A DNA stretch of 32,000 nucleotides from NCBI RefSeq assembly GCF_001458695.1, contig NZ_LN885086.1:120001-152000 (forward strand), given 5' to 3'. Source of the stretch: Candidatus Nitrospira inopinata (GTDB lineage: Bacteria > Nitrospirota > Nitrospiria > Nitrospirales > Nitrospiraceae). Positions 8,566-18,400 of this stretch are shown piece by piece. The position numbers were made by a program, and so were the translations under genes. The notes under the pieces were generated by a model. That model ran no database searches. It had not been told where the DNA came from and saw nothing but the letters and a program-made list of their open reading frames with translations. Each line of letters begins with the position of its first letter. The first letter of the stretch is position 1.

Positions 8566-9669
8566 ATGGCGAAGGTGTCGATCGAAACCCTGGTCTCGGA
8601 ACTCGTCCACGAAGAGGAGTGGCGACGGATGCGGGCGACGGCGGCCTGTGTCCGCGGCGGGCCTCGTGCCGTGCAGGCGCTGATCGAGGCGCTCCGATCC
8701 GGCTCCCCGGAATTGAAACGGGAAGCGGCGGTCATGTTGGCCCGACTCAGAGATCCTGCCGCGGGCATCGCGCTGGTCCGCTTGCTGGAAGACGAGGACG
8801 ATGCCGTTCGTGAGGCGGGCGCCGCGGCGCTGGAGCAGATGGCCGGAGTGCTTGGAACGGATACGGCCGCCGAGCTGGTGGCTCTGCTTCCCATCACCGG
8901 CGACGAAGTTTCCAGACGGCGCCTGACACACTTGATCGGCGCCATTCCCACCGCCGTGGCACCGCTGTGTGCAATGCTGAAACACCAGGACCCGAACAGG
9001 CAAATTGCGGCGGCGACGATCCTGGATCACCTGTTGGATCCCCGTTCCATCGACGCCCTGATCGACGCGATGGGACAGCCGGCGATTCGGGATCTCGCCG
9101 TCGAGACCTTAAAAAAATTGGGCGCCGTTCGCGATCGAATCGACCAAGCGTTCAACGCGCTGCGTGAAGTCGAGGGCCCCGTCGAGCGAGAAGAAGCCCG
9201 GATGGCTACGGTGATCGATCTCCTCCACATCGGACGACCGGGCGTCGAGATTCTCCTTGAATATCTCGAGGACGAGGATTGGCTGGTGCGCGAGGCGGCG
9301 GCGGATTTGCTCGGAAAAATCGGGGACGTGCGCGCCGTCGAACCGCTCATGAGACGGCTCGAACGCGACAAGGATACCGGCGTGAAAGAGCTGGCCATCA
9401 AATCGCTGGGGCTGATCGGAGACGCGAGGCCGATTCGCCTGTACCTGGAGGCGATTCCCATCCGGCCGCTGCGGGTATCCGCCATGGAGGCCTTGGCCAA
9501 GATCAAGGACGTGGAGGCCCTGCGCCCGCACAAGGATCTGTTTGATCAATTGAGAGCGGACCGCGACGGATTAGTCGCTTACAATGCGGGGCTCATCGCT
9601 GATAAACTGGCCGCCTTGGCGGAGCCGGAAAGTCGGGGCGGGGAAGGGACGCGGGAAGACGATGAGTGA
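8566..9669 (+). CDS. HEAT-repeat protein, paralog 3, 367 aa
   Basis: ATG at 8566 (MAKVSIETLV) lies 2 nt after the upstream TGA. The ORF-track start at 8254 overlaps paralog 2 and is rejected. HEAT units include DWLVREAAADLLGKIGDVRAVEPLMRRLE. Confidence 0.8.
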   Translation: MAKVSIETLVSELVHEEEWRRMRATAACVRGGPRAVQALIEALRSGSPELKREAAVMLARLRDPAAGIALVRLLEDEDDAVREAGAAALEQMAGVLGTDTAAELVALLPITGDEVSRRRLTHLIGAIPTAVAPLCAMLKHQDPNRQIAAATILDHLLDPRSIDALIDAMGQPAIRDLAVETLKKLGAVRDRIDQAFNALREVEGPVEREEARMATVIDLLHIGRPGVEILLEYLEDEDWLVREAAADLLGKIGDVRAVEPLMRRLERDKDTGVKELAIKSLGLIGDARPIRLYLEAIPIRPLRVSAMEALAKIKDVEALRPHKDLFDQLRADRDGLVAYNAGLIADKLAALAEPESRGGEGTREDDE

Positions 9670-10450
9670 GAACGCGAAATCGGATCGAATCGACCAACTT
9701 CTTTCGGCCTTGCGGGACGACAACGAAGCCTTGCGAGACCATGCGATCGCCGGCCTCGGACAGGCCGGCCCCGAGGCCATTCCGCGCCTGATCGGGTTGA
9801 TGGCCGATGAAGATGCCGTGATCCGAGAAGCGGCCGCCGGCGCTGTCGTCAGAATCGGACCGGCGGCGGTCGAGCCCATGCTGGAAGCTCTGCGGGACGA
9901 CGAATGGGCGGTGAGGGAACAGGCGGCATCGGCCCTCGGCAAGCTCAAGGACCCTCGCGCGGTCGAACCGTTGGTGGCCGCCCTGCGCGACAAGGATGGA
10001 GCGGTGCGAACGGCGGCCGTCTGGGCGTTGGAGCGGATCGGCGACGCCAGAGCCGTCCCCGGCCTGATCGACGCGCTGGGTGACGGAACCCTGAGGGAAG
10101 ACGTCGCGCGGGTGCTCAAGAAAATCGGCGATGTCCGCGCAGTGGAGGCGCTGATCGACTGTCTGGCCGGCGCGAATTGGATGGTCCGCCGGCACGCGGC
10201 GGACGCCCTGGGACGCATCGGCGACCCGCGCGGGATCGTCCCCCTGATTGAAGCGCTGAAAGACGAGGACTGGCTGGTTCGCCGCAACGCCGCCGAATCC
10301 CTGGCCCGCCTCCATGCGACGGAAGCGGTCGAGCCGCTGCTGCCGCTCTTGGAAGATGAGAACGCTCTCGTGCAAGAAACGGTCGAGGCCGTCTTAGCCA
10401 GTCTCGGCTGGAAGCCTCCCGCTGAAAGACCGGAAACCTACACACAGTAA
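9662..10450 (+). CDS. HEAT-repeat protein, paralog 4, 262 aa
   Basis: ATG at 9662 (MSENAKSDRIDQLL) overlaps the upstream stop by 8 nt. There are seven to eight near-canonical units (EWAVREQAASALGKLKDPRAVEPLVAALRDKDGAVR...). Confidence 0.85.
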   Translation: MSENAKSDRIDQLLSALRDDNEALRDHAIAGLGQAGPEAIPRLIGLMADEDAVIREAAAGAVVRIGPAAVEPMLEALRDDEWAVREQAASALGKLKDPRAVEPLVAALRDKDGAVRTAAVWALERIGDARAVPGLIDALGDGTLREDVARVLKKIGDVRAVEALIDCLAGANWMVRRHAADALGRIGDPRGIVPLIEALKDEDWLVRRNAAESLARLHATEAVEPLLPLLEDENALVQETVEAVLASLGWKPPAERPETYTQ

Positions 10451-10471
10451 ACATACAATTAAGGACGGACC

Positions 10472-11182
10472 ATGCCGGAAGAAACTCCCATGACACTGAT
10501 TCAAATCACGCCCAAGGGCGGAGAGAGAAAAGACGGATTCAACCTGGTGACCGAACGGGTGGTGGCGGTCAATCCCGAAGCCAAGCAGGTGGAAGTCGAA
10601 TTGCTGGCCTACGACGGCAAGACCGTCGTGCTGGACGTGGCGGACGAAGCGCTCGAAGATCTCAAGAAACTCAAGGCGGGCGACGGCGCCACCATCCGCG
10701 TGGTGGAAGAAGGCGGAAAACGCATCGCCAAGAGCTTCAGGATTCGCCCCAAGGATCCCAACGCGGCCAAGGCCGACGCCATGTTGCTGGACCTGAAAGA
10801 TCCGCACTGGCTCAACCGCAAATACGCCGCCGAAGTGCTGGGCGAGCTGAAAGATCCGCGGGCCGTCGATCCCTTGGTCGAAGCGTTGACGGACGAGGTG
10901 GGGGATGTCCGGCAACGGGCTTATGACTCGTTGATCAAGATCGGCGGACCGTCGGTTCCCTCTCTCATTCCCCTGCTGGTATCGGAAGAGGATGAGATTC
11001 GGCAGGCCGCGACGGAGATTCTCCGCAAGATCGGCAAACCGGCGGTCGAACCCCTGGCTACTGCGCTCGCCGACGCGGACGACCGGCTGAAGACCAGGAT
11101 TCTGAAAGTCCTGGACCGGATGGGCTATAAGCCCAAATCGTCGAAGAGTGACGCGACGGTGGAGTTGCCCCGCTTGACGTAG
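10472..11182 (+). CDS. Protein with a ~95-aa non-HEAT N-terminal domain plus C-terminal HEAT repeats, paralog 5, 236 aa
   Basis: AAGGA lies 6 nt upstream of the ATG. The C-terminal half carries HWLNRKYAAEVLGELKDPRAVDPLVEALTDEVGDVRQRA. The N-terminal half (LIQITPKGGERKDGFNLV...IRVVEEGGKRIAKSFRIRP) looks beta-rich. Confidence 0.8.
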   Translation: MPEETPMTLIQITPKGGERKDGFNLVTERVVAVNPEAKQVEVELLAYDGKTVVLDVADEALEDLKKLKAGDGATIRVVEEGGKRIAKSFRIRPKDPNAAKADAMLLDLKDPHWLNRKYAAEVLGELKDPRAVDPLVEALTDEVGDVRQRAYDSLIKIGGPSVPSLIPLLVSEEDEIRQAATEILRKIGKPAVEPLATALADADDRLKTRILKVLDRMGYKPKSSKSDATVELPRLT

Positions 11183-11186
11183 GCCG

Positions 11187-12512
11187 TCACGCCGTCGGGT
11201 CCGTCTGCCGCGCGCGACGTCCCACCGACACGTGCGTGAACCCAGCCGCCGTCACTTTTTCCGGGTCATAGACGTTGCGCAGGTCGAGCAAGAGGGGGCG
11301 GCGCATCACGGCTTTGAGTCGATCAAAGTCCAGACTCCGGAACAGATTCCACTCGGTCATGATGATCAGGGCGTCCGCCCCCTCGGCCGCATGGTAGGCG
11401 TCCCGACAGGGCTGCAACTGGGGGAGGATTCGACAGGCCTCTTCCAACGCCTCGGGATCGTACGCGCGAACGGACGCGCCCTCCGCCAGCAGCTCCTTGC
11501 CGATCGCCAAGGCCGGCGCTTCCCGAAGGTCGTTGGTGTTGGGCTTGAACGAGAGGCCCAGCAGCCCCACCGTTTTCCCCTCCAGCCCCCCAAGGGCCTC
11601 GCGGATTTTCACGGTCATGCGCTTCCGCTGCGCCTCGTTGACGCGAGAGGTGGCCATGGCGATCTGCATGGGATGGCCGTACCGCTCGCCGGTCTGGATG
11701 AGAGCGGCCAGATCCTTCGGAAAACACGATCCGCCGAAGCCGGGCCCCGCGTGAAGAAACTTCGAGCCGATCCGATTGTCGAGCCCCATCCCCTTGGCGA
11801 CATGTTGGACGTTCGCGCCGACCAGCTCGCAGAGGTTGGCGATCTCGTTGATGAACGAAATTTTCGTCGCGAGGAAGGCGTTCGAGGCGTATTTGATCAA
11901 CTCGGCGGTCGGAATATCCGTCACGACGAACGGCGTTTCGATCAGATACAGGGGCCGGTAGAGATCTTTCATGATCGCGACGGCCTGTTCGCTGTCCGCT
12001 CCCAGCACGACGCGATTCGGTCGCATGAAATCCTCGATGGCCGAGCCTTCGCGCAAAAACTCGGGGTTGGAGACAATGTCGAATCGATGGGGAACCGGTT
12101 GCGTGGCCTTGATCACCTCGCGGAGCTTCTCTCCCGTTCCCACCGGCACGGTCGATTTCGTGACGATGACCTTGTAGTCCGTCATGTGGCGGGCGATGCC
12201 CCTGCCCACTTCCTCGACGTAGGACAAGTCCGCCGAACCGTCGCCGCGCGGCGGGGTTCCGACGGCGATAAAGATCACCAGCGCCTTCTCGACGGCCTTG
12301 GCGATGTCCGTCGTAAAACTCAGCCGGCCTTCCCTGACCCCCTTGGCCACCAATTCCGTAATGCCCGGCTCATAGAAGGGGACCTTGCCCTTCTCCAGTT
12401 TCTCGATCCGTCCGGGATCATTATCCATACAGGTGACGTTGACGCCGAACTCCGCGAAGCACGCCCCCGTGACCAGCCCGACATAGCCCGTGCCAATAAT
12501 GCTGATGTGCAT
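11187..12512 (-). CDS. ugd: UDP-glucose 6-dehydrogenase
   Basis: MHISIIGTGYVGLVTGACFAEFG (NAD-binding GxGxxG), GGSCFPKD active-site Cys motif, 441 aa, GAGGAGGAG upstream of the ATG at 12512. Confidence 0.9.
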   Translation of the reverse strand: MHISIIGTGYVGLVTGACFAEFGVNVTCMDNDPGRIEKLEKGKVPFYEPGITELVAKGVREGRLSFTTDIAKAVEKALVIFIAVGTPPRGDGSADLSYVEEVGRGIARHMTDYKVIVTKSTVPVGTGEKLREVIKATQPVPHRFDIVSNPEFLREGSAIEDFMRPNRVVLGADSEQAVAIMKDLYRPLYLIETPFVVTDIPTAELIKYASNAFLATKISFINEIANLCELVGANVQHVAKGMGLDNRIGSKFLHAGPGFGGSCFPKDLAALIQTGERYGHPMQIAMATSRVNEAQRKRMTVKIREALGGLEGKTVGLLGLSFKPNTNDLREAPALAIGKELLAEGASVRAYDPEALEEACRILPQLQPCRDAYHAAEGADALIIMTEWNLFRSLDFDRLKAVMRRPLLLDLRNVYDPEKVTAAGFTHVSVGRRARQTDPTA

Positions 12513-12650
12513 GAGTCTCCTCCTCGCCGACCCCTTTCAAAGCAGTTTTAAGCCTGTTCGGTCGTCGGGCAGTATAGCAACAGGTCCCATACCGGGCAAC
12601 GAATCACCGGCAATGCTTGCGTCTCCGGCCGGATCGGCCCCGGCCTTTGG

Positions 12651-12680
12651 TTGACTCCCAAGAAACCCGATGAGTACAAT
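12651..12680 (+). promoter_or_regulatory. Sigma70-like promoter candidate TTGACT-N18-TACAAT
   Basis: TTGACT at 12651-12656 and TACAAT at 12675-12680, in the divergent spacer about 100 nt upstream of the 12780 start. Confidence 0.45.
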
Positions 12681-12779
12681 CCGGCGCCCATGGGGTGTCG
12701 TGATCATGTGTCGGTTGACGATGCTCACTTTTGACTCCACAGTCACATTCCCCTCTTCCGCCTCTCCGCTTCATTATTG

Positions 12780-14342
12780 ATGACTCATCCCGCCTCACAC
12801 GTTTCTCGCGGCTTTTTGCTGTTCACGGCCCTGGTGACCGGCGCCGTCGTGATGGCGCTGGAGATCATCGGAAGCCGTCTCCTGGCGCCTGTCTTTGGGA
12901 ACTCGCTCTACGTCTGGGGAGCCTTGATCGGCGTGATCCTGGCGGCGATGAGCAGCGGCTATGCCTTCGGAGGCTGGATGGCCGACCGTTACACGGGCGG
13001 CGGCGTGTTGGCCGCCCTCCTGCTTGGCTCCGGCAGTTGGACCTTTCTTGTCGCCTGGGGGAACCAGCCGGTGCTCTTCGAGATCGAGAAGCTCGTGCAA
13101 GACCCTCGGTGGGGCCCTTGCCTGGCTGCGACCGTGCTGCTTGCGCCGCCGGCGTTCGGACTGAGCGGCGTGCTGCCGGCCATGCTCCGATTGGCCGTCT
13201 CGGACATGGCCCACATGGGATTCCACGCGGGCCGCATGATCGCCCTTTCGACGGTCGGCAGTTTAGCCGGCACCTGGGGAACGGCTTTTTTTCTCCTCTC
13301 GTGGATCGGCACCCAGTCGCTCCTCACGTGGCTGGGGATCATTCAGATCCTGCTCGGCCTCCGGTGGTTGATCACGGGAACGGCGGCTCGCGCATCCATA
13401 CGACTGGTGGCGATGGGCGGCTCCGTCATCATCGGCATCCTGCCCTGGTTCCCGATCCAGCGACTCAATCAACCGATCTATCAAGAAGATAGTCCGTACC
13501 AACAGGTGCGGATTCGCGATGACGAGCTGTTTCGGTATTTGATCCTGGACCGCACGTTCCACGCCACCATGTGGAAAGCCGATCCGGCGGCCCTCTTCCT
13601 CCCCTACAGTCAACTGATGGTGGCAGCGCTCGCCCTCACGCCAGAGCCCAAACGGGCACTCATCCTCGGCCATGGAGGAGGTTCGATTGCCAAGTGGCTC
13701 GCGCGCCAGTGGCCGACGCTGGACGTGGACGTCGTGGAGGTCGATCCCGCCGTCGTCCGGATGGCGGAGATCTATTTCGACTATCACCCTTCGGCCAATC
13801 ACCATGTCTTCGTCAAAGACGCCAGAGCCTTCTTAAGAAGCACGGATCGGACCTACGACGTCATTTGGATCGATGCCTTCGCGCGAGACATGATCCCGTT
13901 TCATTTGACGACTGTTGAGTTTTTTGCTCTGGTGCGAGCGCACTTGGCACCGGAGGGAATCGTGGCGGTCAATCTCGCGTCATCCGGCACGGAGGGAGAC
14001 CTAGCCAGGGCTGCATCGGTCGTTCAGACCATGAAACGGAGCTTTCCGACGATCGAAACCTTTGCAGTCGAAGGTCCCTGGAAGACCGGCATGACCCTGG
14101 CCAGAAATCTGATCTTTTTCGGAGGGCGTCCGATCGAAACCGGCTCGATCGACGAGATCGTGAACAAGATCACCAACATGGCCATGCAACGGCGAGTGCC
14201 GATCGAAGCCATCGCGCTCCTCAGCACCCACCGAACCGAACCCTGGCCGGCCGGCATCGAATTGACCGATGATTTCGCGCCGTACGATCTGCTGATCGGA
14301 CGGGAACAGGGAGCGCATCAACGGGAGGACCGGGGCTCCTAA
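12780..14342 (+). CDS. Fused polytopic membrane domain / spermidine-synthase-like (class I methyltransferase fold) protein
   Basis: The N-terminal ~200 aa has several hydrophobic helices. The C-terminal half has LILGHGGGSIAKWL...VDVVEVDPAVV...YDVIWIDAF, typical of the spermidine synthase fold. ATG is at 12780; the track start at 12777 is TTG. Confidence 0.8.
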   Translation: MTHPASHVSRGFLLFTALVTGAVVMALEIIGSRLLAPVFGNSLYVWGALIGVILAAMSSGYAFGGWMADRYTGGGVLAALLLGSGSWTFLVAWGNQPVLFEIEKLVQDPRWGPCLAATVLLAPPAFGLSGVLPAMLRLAVSDMAHMGFHAGRMIALSTVGSLAGTWGTAFFLLSWIGTQSLLTWLGIIQILLGLRWLITGTAARASIRLVAMGGSVIIGILPWFPIQRLNQPIYQEDSPYQQVRIRDDELFRYLILDRTFHATMWKADPAALFLPYSQLMVAALALTPEPKRALILGHGGGSIAKWLARQWPTLDVDVVEVDPAVVRMAEIYFDYHPSANHHVFVKDARAFLRSTDRTYDVIWIDAFARDMIPFHLTTVEFFALVRAHLAPEGIVAVNLASSGTEGDLARAASVVQTMKRSFPTIETFAVEGPWKTGMTLARNLIFFGGRPIETGSIDEIVNKITNMAMQRRVPIEAIALLSTHRTEPWPAGIELTDDFAPYDLLIGREQGAHQREDRGS

Positions 14343-14386
14343 CGTCACCCCTGTTGCCGACGGCATAGCGACAGCTCCCGTGACAC

Positions 14387-15199
14387 ATGGACAGCACTAG
14401 AAAGAAACGCCCCAGCGCACCCCTTTTCGACCGCTATATCGGCATCGACTATTCCGGCGCGAAGACCCCGACCGAAAGCCTGAAGGGGTTACGGATTTAC
14501 CTCGCCGACCATGACCACGATCCGGCAGAGATCCTCCCCCCACCAAGCAGGCGCCGCTATTGGACACGCAAGGGTGCCGCACAATGGTTGCTTGAACGAT
14601 TGAGCGAACCAATCAGAGCTCTGGTCGGCATCGATCATGGCTTTTCTTTCCCTCTGCAATATTTTAAGCAACACCGGTTGCCGTTCGATTGGCCGGCGTT
14701 TCTCGAAGATTTTCACCGCCACTGGCCGACCGACGAAGACCATGTCTCGGTTGATGATGTCCGATACGGCGGAGTCGGCACGGGGCAGGCTCGCTTGGGC
14801 CATCCCCGGTGGCTGAGACTGACCGAGCAACGGGCTCGCGCGGCCAAATCGGTCTTTCGGTTCGACGTGGAAGGATCGGTCGCCAAATCCACCCATGCTG
14901 GTTTGCCGTGGCTGTTGATGATCCGCCGGCTGGCTGGAACACACGTCCACTTCTGGCCCTTCGATGGATGGGAGATTCCCTCCGGGCTCTCAGTCATCGC
15001 GGAGGTCTATCCCTCGCTCTGGCGGCGAGAAATCCCAACAGAGAGACGGACCTCTGATCAACAGGACGCCTATGCCGTCGCCGCATGGATGAGGAAGAGT
15101 GACCAGGCTGGCACCTTGGCCGGCTATTTCTCACCGACCTTGACATCGGCGGAACGAGCGCAGGCCTCTATTGAAGGCTGGATCCTCGGTGTTCGCTGA
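14387..15199 (+). CDS. Hypothetical protein, possibly an RNase-H-fold (DUF429/COG-type predicted nuclease) protein
   Basis: 270-aa ORF with coding-like composition. YIGIDYSGA near the N-terminus, VGIDHGFSFP, EVYPSLW and QQDAYAVAAWM near the C-terminus resemble the acidic-residue layout of DUF429-like RNase H fold proteins. The assignment comes from motif memory only. Confidence 0.6.
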   Translation: MDSTRKKRPSAPLFDRYIGIDYSGAKTPTESLKGLRIYLADHDHDPAEILPPPSRRRYWTRKGAAQWLLERLSEPIRALVGIDHGFSFPLQYFKQHRLPFDWPAFLEDFHRHWPTDEDHVSVDDVRYGGVGTGQARLGHPRWLRLTEQRARAAKSVFRFDVEGSVAKSTHAGLPWLLMIRRLAGTHVHFWPFDGWEIPSGLSVIAEVYPSLWRREIPTERRTSDQQDAYAVAAWMRKSDQAGTLAGYFSPTLTSAERAQASIEGWILGVR

Positions 15200-15223
15200 G
15201 TGGAACTCAATAGATGTTCATCC

Positions 15224-15252
15224 GCATGGACAAAGGTCATTCTTGTCCATGC
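15224..15252. terminator. Hairpin between convergent genes (weak terminator candidate)
   Basis: The 10-bp stem gcatggacaa (15224-15233) pairs with ttgtccatgc (15243-15252) around a 9-nt loop. It overlaps the stop at 15237. No adjacent T-run. Confidence 0.3.
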
Positions 15253-15473
15253 CGACGTAGGTACGTTTTCAACCGGTCAAAACGCTGGTCGGCTTCGAGG
15301 TTAGGCGCCGCAGCCTGGATTGCTTCCAGGCAGGCGCCAAGCTCACTGGGCGGCCACTGGGCCTGGTCGCCGACCACGCGACTCAACAAGTCAAGAGCCG
15401 CTTCAGGGAACCGGCCACAGAGACCGGATTCATGAAGCTTATAGACAAGATCTTCAGGGTAGTCCAGCGGTTT
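15237..15473 (-). pseudogene. Displaced C-terminal tail (77 codons) of the SIR2 giant protein, reachable only by a +1 shift; alternatively a separate small ORF
   Basis: The distal part of ORF 15237..15650 reads PLDYPEDLVYKLHESGLCGRFPEAALDLLSRVV...RLKTYLRRHGQE, which is protein-like. The proximal 60 codons overlap the SIR2 frame and look non-coding. There is no RBS for an internal start. Confidence 0.5.
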
Positions 15474-18400
15474 GCAGCCAGTCTCGCAGTTGGGCCACTG
15501 CCTCCGGCAAGGCATCACCAGCCGCCACACACAGGCGGCCGAAACACTCCGCAACAACGGGCGATGCATGGACCTTGTTCTTCGGCCAAATGTCTCGCAA
15601 GTACGGCACAACGCGATTGGTCCAGAAATCGCTCCGTTGATCGCCGGCACCCTCCAATTCCCTCACTAAGGCCCGTGCCGCCTCGTGCAAGCCATCTTGC
15701 GGCAAGGCACGGGTCGCGGTTGCCAGTTCGTCCACGGTAAAGATGTCGCCTGGATCGAGGGCGGCAAACGTCAGCACGGCCGCGTACTGTTTTCCGTCCC
15801 TGCCGAGTTGCCCATAGTGGCTGGCGGTGTCGAGAAACGCAGTCTTGAATGCCTTCATCTCCATCAAGGGGCGGTACAGTCGCGGCGACCAGAGGAACCC
15901 CTCCCACGCAGCCCGTGCTTCAGCCTCGGACCGCTGCCAATCGAAGAGAGGCAGCAAGTGCTGCAGGGTCCAGTCACGGTCCACGCGAAACAAGGTGATA
16001 ACATGGGCAGCCAGCAAAACGCGGCCATGCCGGAACTTCTCGATAGTGGTGTTGCACAGATCCGTAAAGATGCGCTTTACCTCCTCCGGCAACCCTTGGC
16101 CGTCTTCCAGTCCTTGACGTTCCCACCAGCGTAAAAGTGCCTCGGTCACGTGACCCACCGGGTGATTGATGGCGATCTCAACCATGTCGTCGGTTGTCGT
16201 GCCTTCATGATCCTCATCTCTCAGCTCCAGAATACGTCGCGCAAGCGCGAAAAACCGTTGCTCATGCTCTTTGAAGTCCCCGGCAACCTCCTTGAGCCAA
16301 TAACTCATAGGATGGGTCAATGCCTGCAACGGCGCATCAGGAGCCTCGGCCAACACTGCTGCCAGAAGACGCCGCGGCCGGTTGAGGTGAGTTTTCTTGG
16401 GCCAAGCGTAGAACGCTTCTTCCCACCGATCGACCGGCCACACTCCCTCCTTGGCCAAGGCATACAAGGCGCACACGACGGTCGGGAATTTCTTTTGACA
16501 GAGCTGTTTCCAGTCGTCTTGTCGCCAACGGTCCCTGGCGGGGTGCCGCTTGAGCCATTCGACCAACTCTTTGCGGCGACGGGGTGTTGCGTGGAACGTG
16601 CGCCACTCACTCCCATCACCCATCCGAACAGGAAACTCGTCTCGCTCATCTGCGGCCAAGGTCCATTGCGGATACTGAGCCGACAGGGCATCCAGGCGAT
16701 CTTTGGCATCGCCGTCCAGCGGTACCCCGGTAGCGGCGACCTTGGCCAGGCGTAGCCAGACCCCCCAGTCCACGATCCTCGTCCAACGCTCGGGCTCGAT
16801 ATCGTCTTTGAACATCGCACGCGGTGGGCCGGCGAGGATGGCATCCACCAACACACGGCGCATGGGCTCGTCGAGTCGCGGTGCCAGCGAAACCAGCAAG
16901 CGCATGGTCTCGCGCTGGGTCTCCACCGACCAGAGCCACCAGCGATCATCCGCCAGTAGCCAGTCGAGTGCGCGGCGAGGCGGAATCACTCCGTCCTGCG
17001 CGGCGGCGAAGAAAGCCAACCGCTTAAACAGTGGGTACGGGATGTGCCTCCAGGGTTCCGCAACCAGCGCGGCTTGCTCCGGCGATTGCTGGACGGTGGC
17101 AAGCCAGGCATCTCTGGTCAGCTCGATCAACACGGTCCAATCATAGGAACCATGGTTCTGTGGATGCTGGCTGATCGATGGTTGATGTATGTAGGACAGG
17201 TCGCTTCGATCCTGCGTGCCGCCCAGTTCGCGCATCAGATCCAGCGCATCGCGCAACAGCATGGTGAAGTCCGGCAGCAGCTCCGGCAAAGCGGCTGTCC
17301 AGCGTTCATCCTTGGCCAGATCCCGTGAGGTGGCGCGGACATCTTCGGCCGAAAGCACGATCTCCCATTCGACGAGATCTCTCATGCCCTGCGGCCGGGC
17401 AGCCTCCACCCCATCCGATGGCCTACCGAATGGCTCGCGCAGCATTACCTGTGGGGTCAGGATGTTGCGCAGCTCCAGTCGCAAGGTGGCTGTGAGTCCT
17501 TGGTGTTTGAAATGGTTGCGCCAACGGACGAGAACGAACTGGTGACGCCACGACTTGACCCGCCCGGTCAGCAGCAGCAACCACAGTGTGCGCATCAGAG
17601 GGCTGGGGATCGCCTGGGGCGCGCCTTCTTGGATGCGCGCCAGCTCGCCCGTGTTGCCCTCACGCTCGTACTTCGCGATCTCGTTCAGGCGGCACTCGAT
17701 TTGCCGGACGAATTCGTCGTGCAATCGGCCACCACGCTCGACCAGCCACAACAGCAGTGCGGGATCGCCGAGATGGCGCGTCAGCCAGCGCGCCAGGTGG
17801 CGCATCACGGCATCCCATCGGCTGCCATGTGCGCCCACATCCACGACGCACATCGAAGGTGCCAACGGATACGGCGACGGGCGGCACATCAGGCTAAACG
17901 ACAGCTTGTCATCGACCACCGGCTGGGGCGCGGCCCCAAAGCGCGCGAGATCGGCAGAGCCAAATCGCTTTTCGCTCAGTGGCGCCAACCAATCCAGTGA
18001 CGGCACGGGGTTCAGCTCGGCGAAACGCTTGGCAGGCAGGCCGCTCGGATCGCTGAGCGCCCACAGCATGCGGGGAACAAAATAGTCCTGCTTCGTGCTT
18101 GCCAAGGGGCGGACCATCGCGCTTTCCACCACGATGCTTTCCTTGCCGCGCAGACCGTCCCGGTAGGTTTTCGCCCATTCCCACAGGGTCTTGTGCAGGT
18201 AGGCATGGCGTTTATGTTCACGGTACAAGATGGGTGTGACGTTCTTGGCGCGCCACTCGTTGGCGCGCTCGTCCTCTTTGCCTTTTGAATAACTGCCGAA
18301 TGCGAACATCTCCGGCGGCGATTCGCCGAGCAGGCGGTCGGCAGCAAGGGCGTCCATCATGTAGCACAGCACGGGGTCGTTGATGCTGTAGCCAACGAAG

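Noticed and set aside
7936-9030. 364-aa and 276-aa minus-strand ORFs over HEAT paralogs 2 and 3
   Set aside because: Same reasoning: they are antisense to well-supported genes and have low-complexity Arg/Ser/Ala translations.
4124-11182. CRISPR-like regular periodicity
   Set aside because: The ~93-nt periodicity is the protein-level HEAT repeat inside long ORFs. The units are degenerate at DNA level, and there is no repeat-spacer structure.
11232-12551. 439-aa plus-strand ORF
   Set aside because: It is exactly antisense to ugd, whose identity is unambiguous, and its own translation has no recognisable motif.
15237-15650. 137-aa ORF as an independent gene
   Set aside because: Its first ~60 codons overlap the SIR2 frame and read as noise. 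Only the part beyond the SIR2 stop looks coding, and it joins the SIR2 frame after removal of one base.
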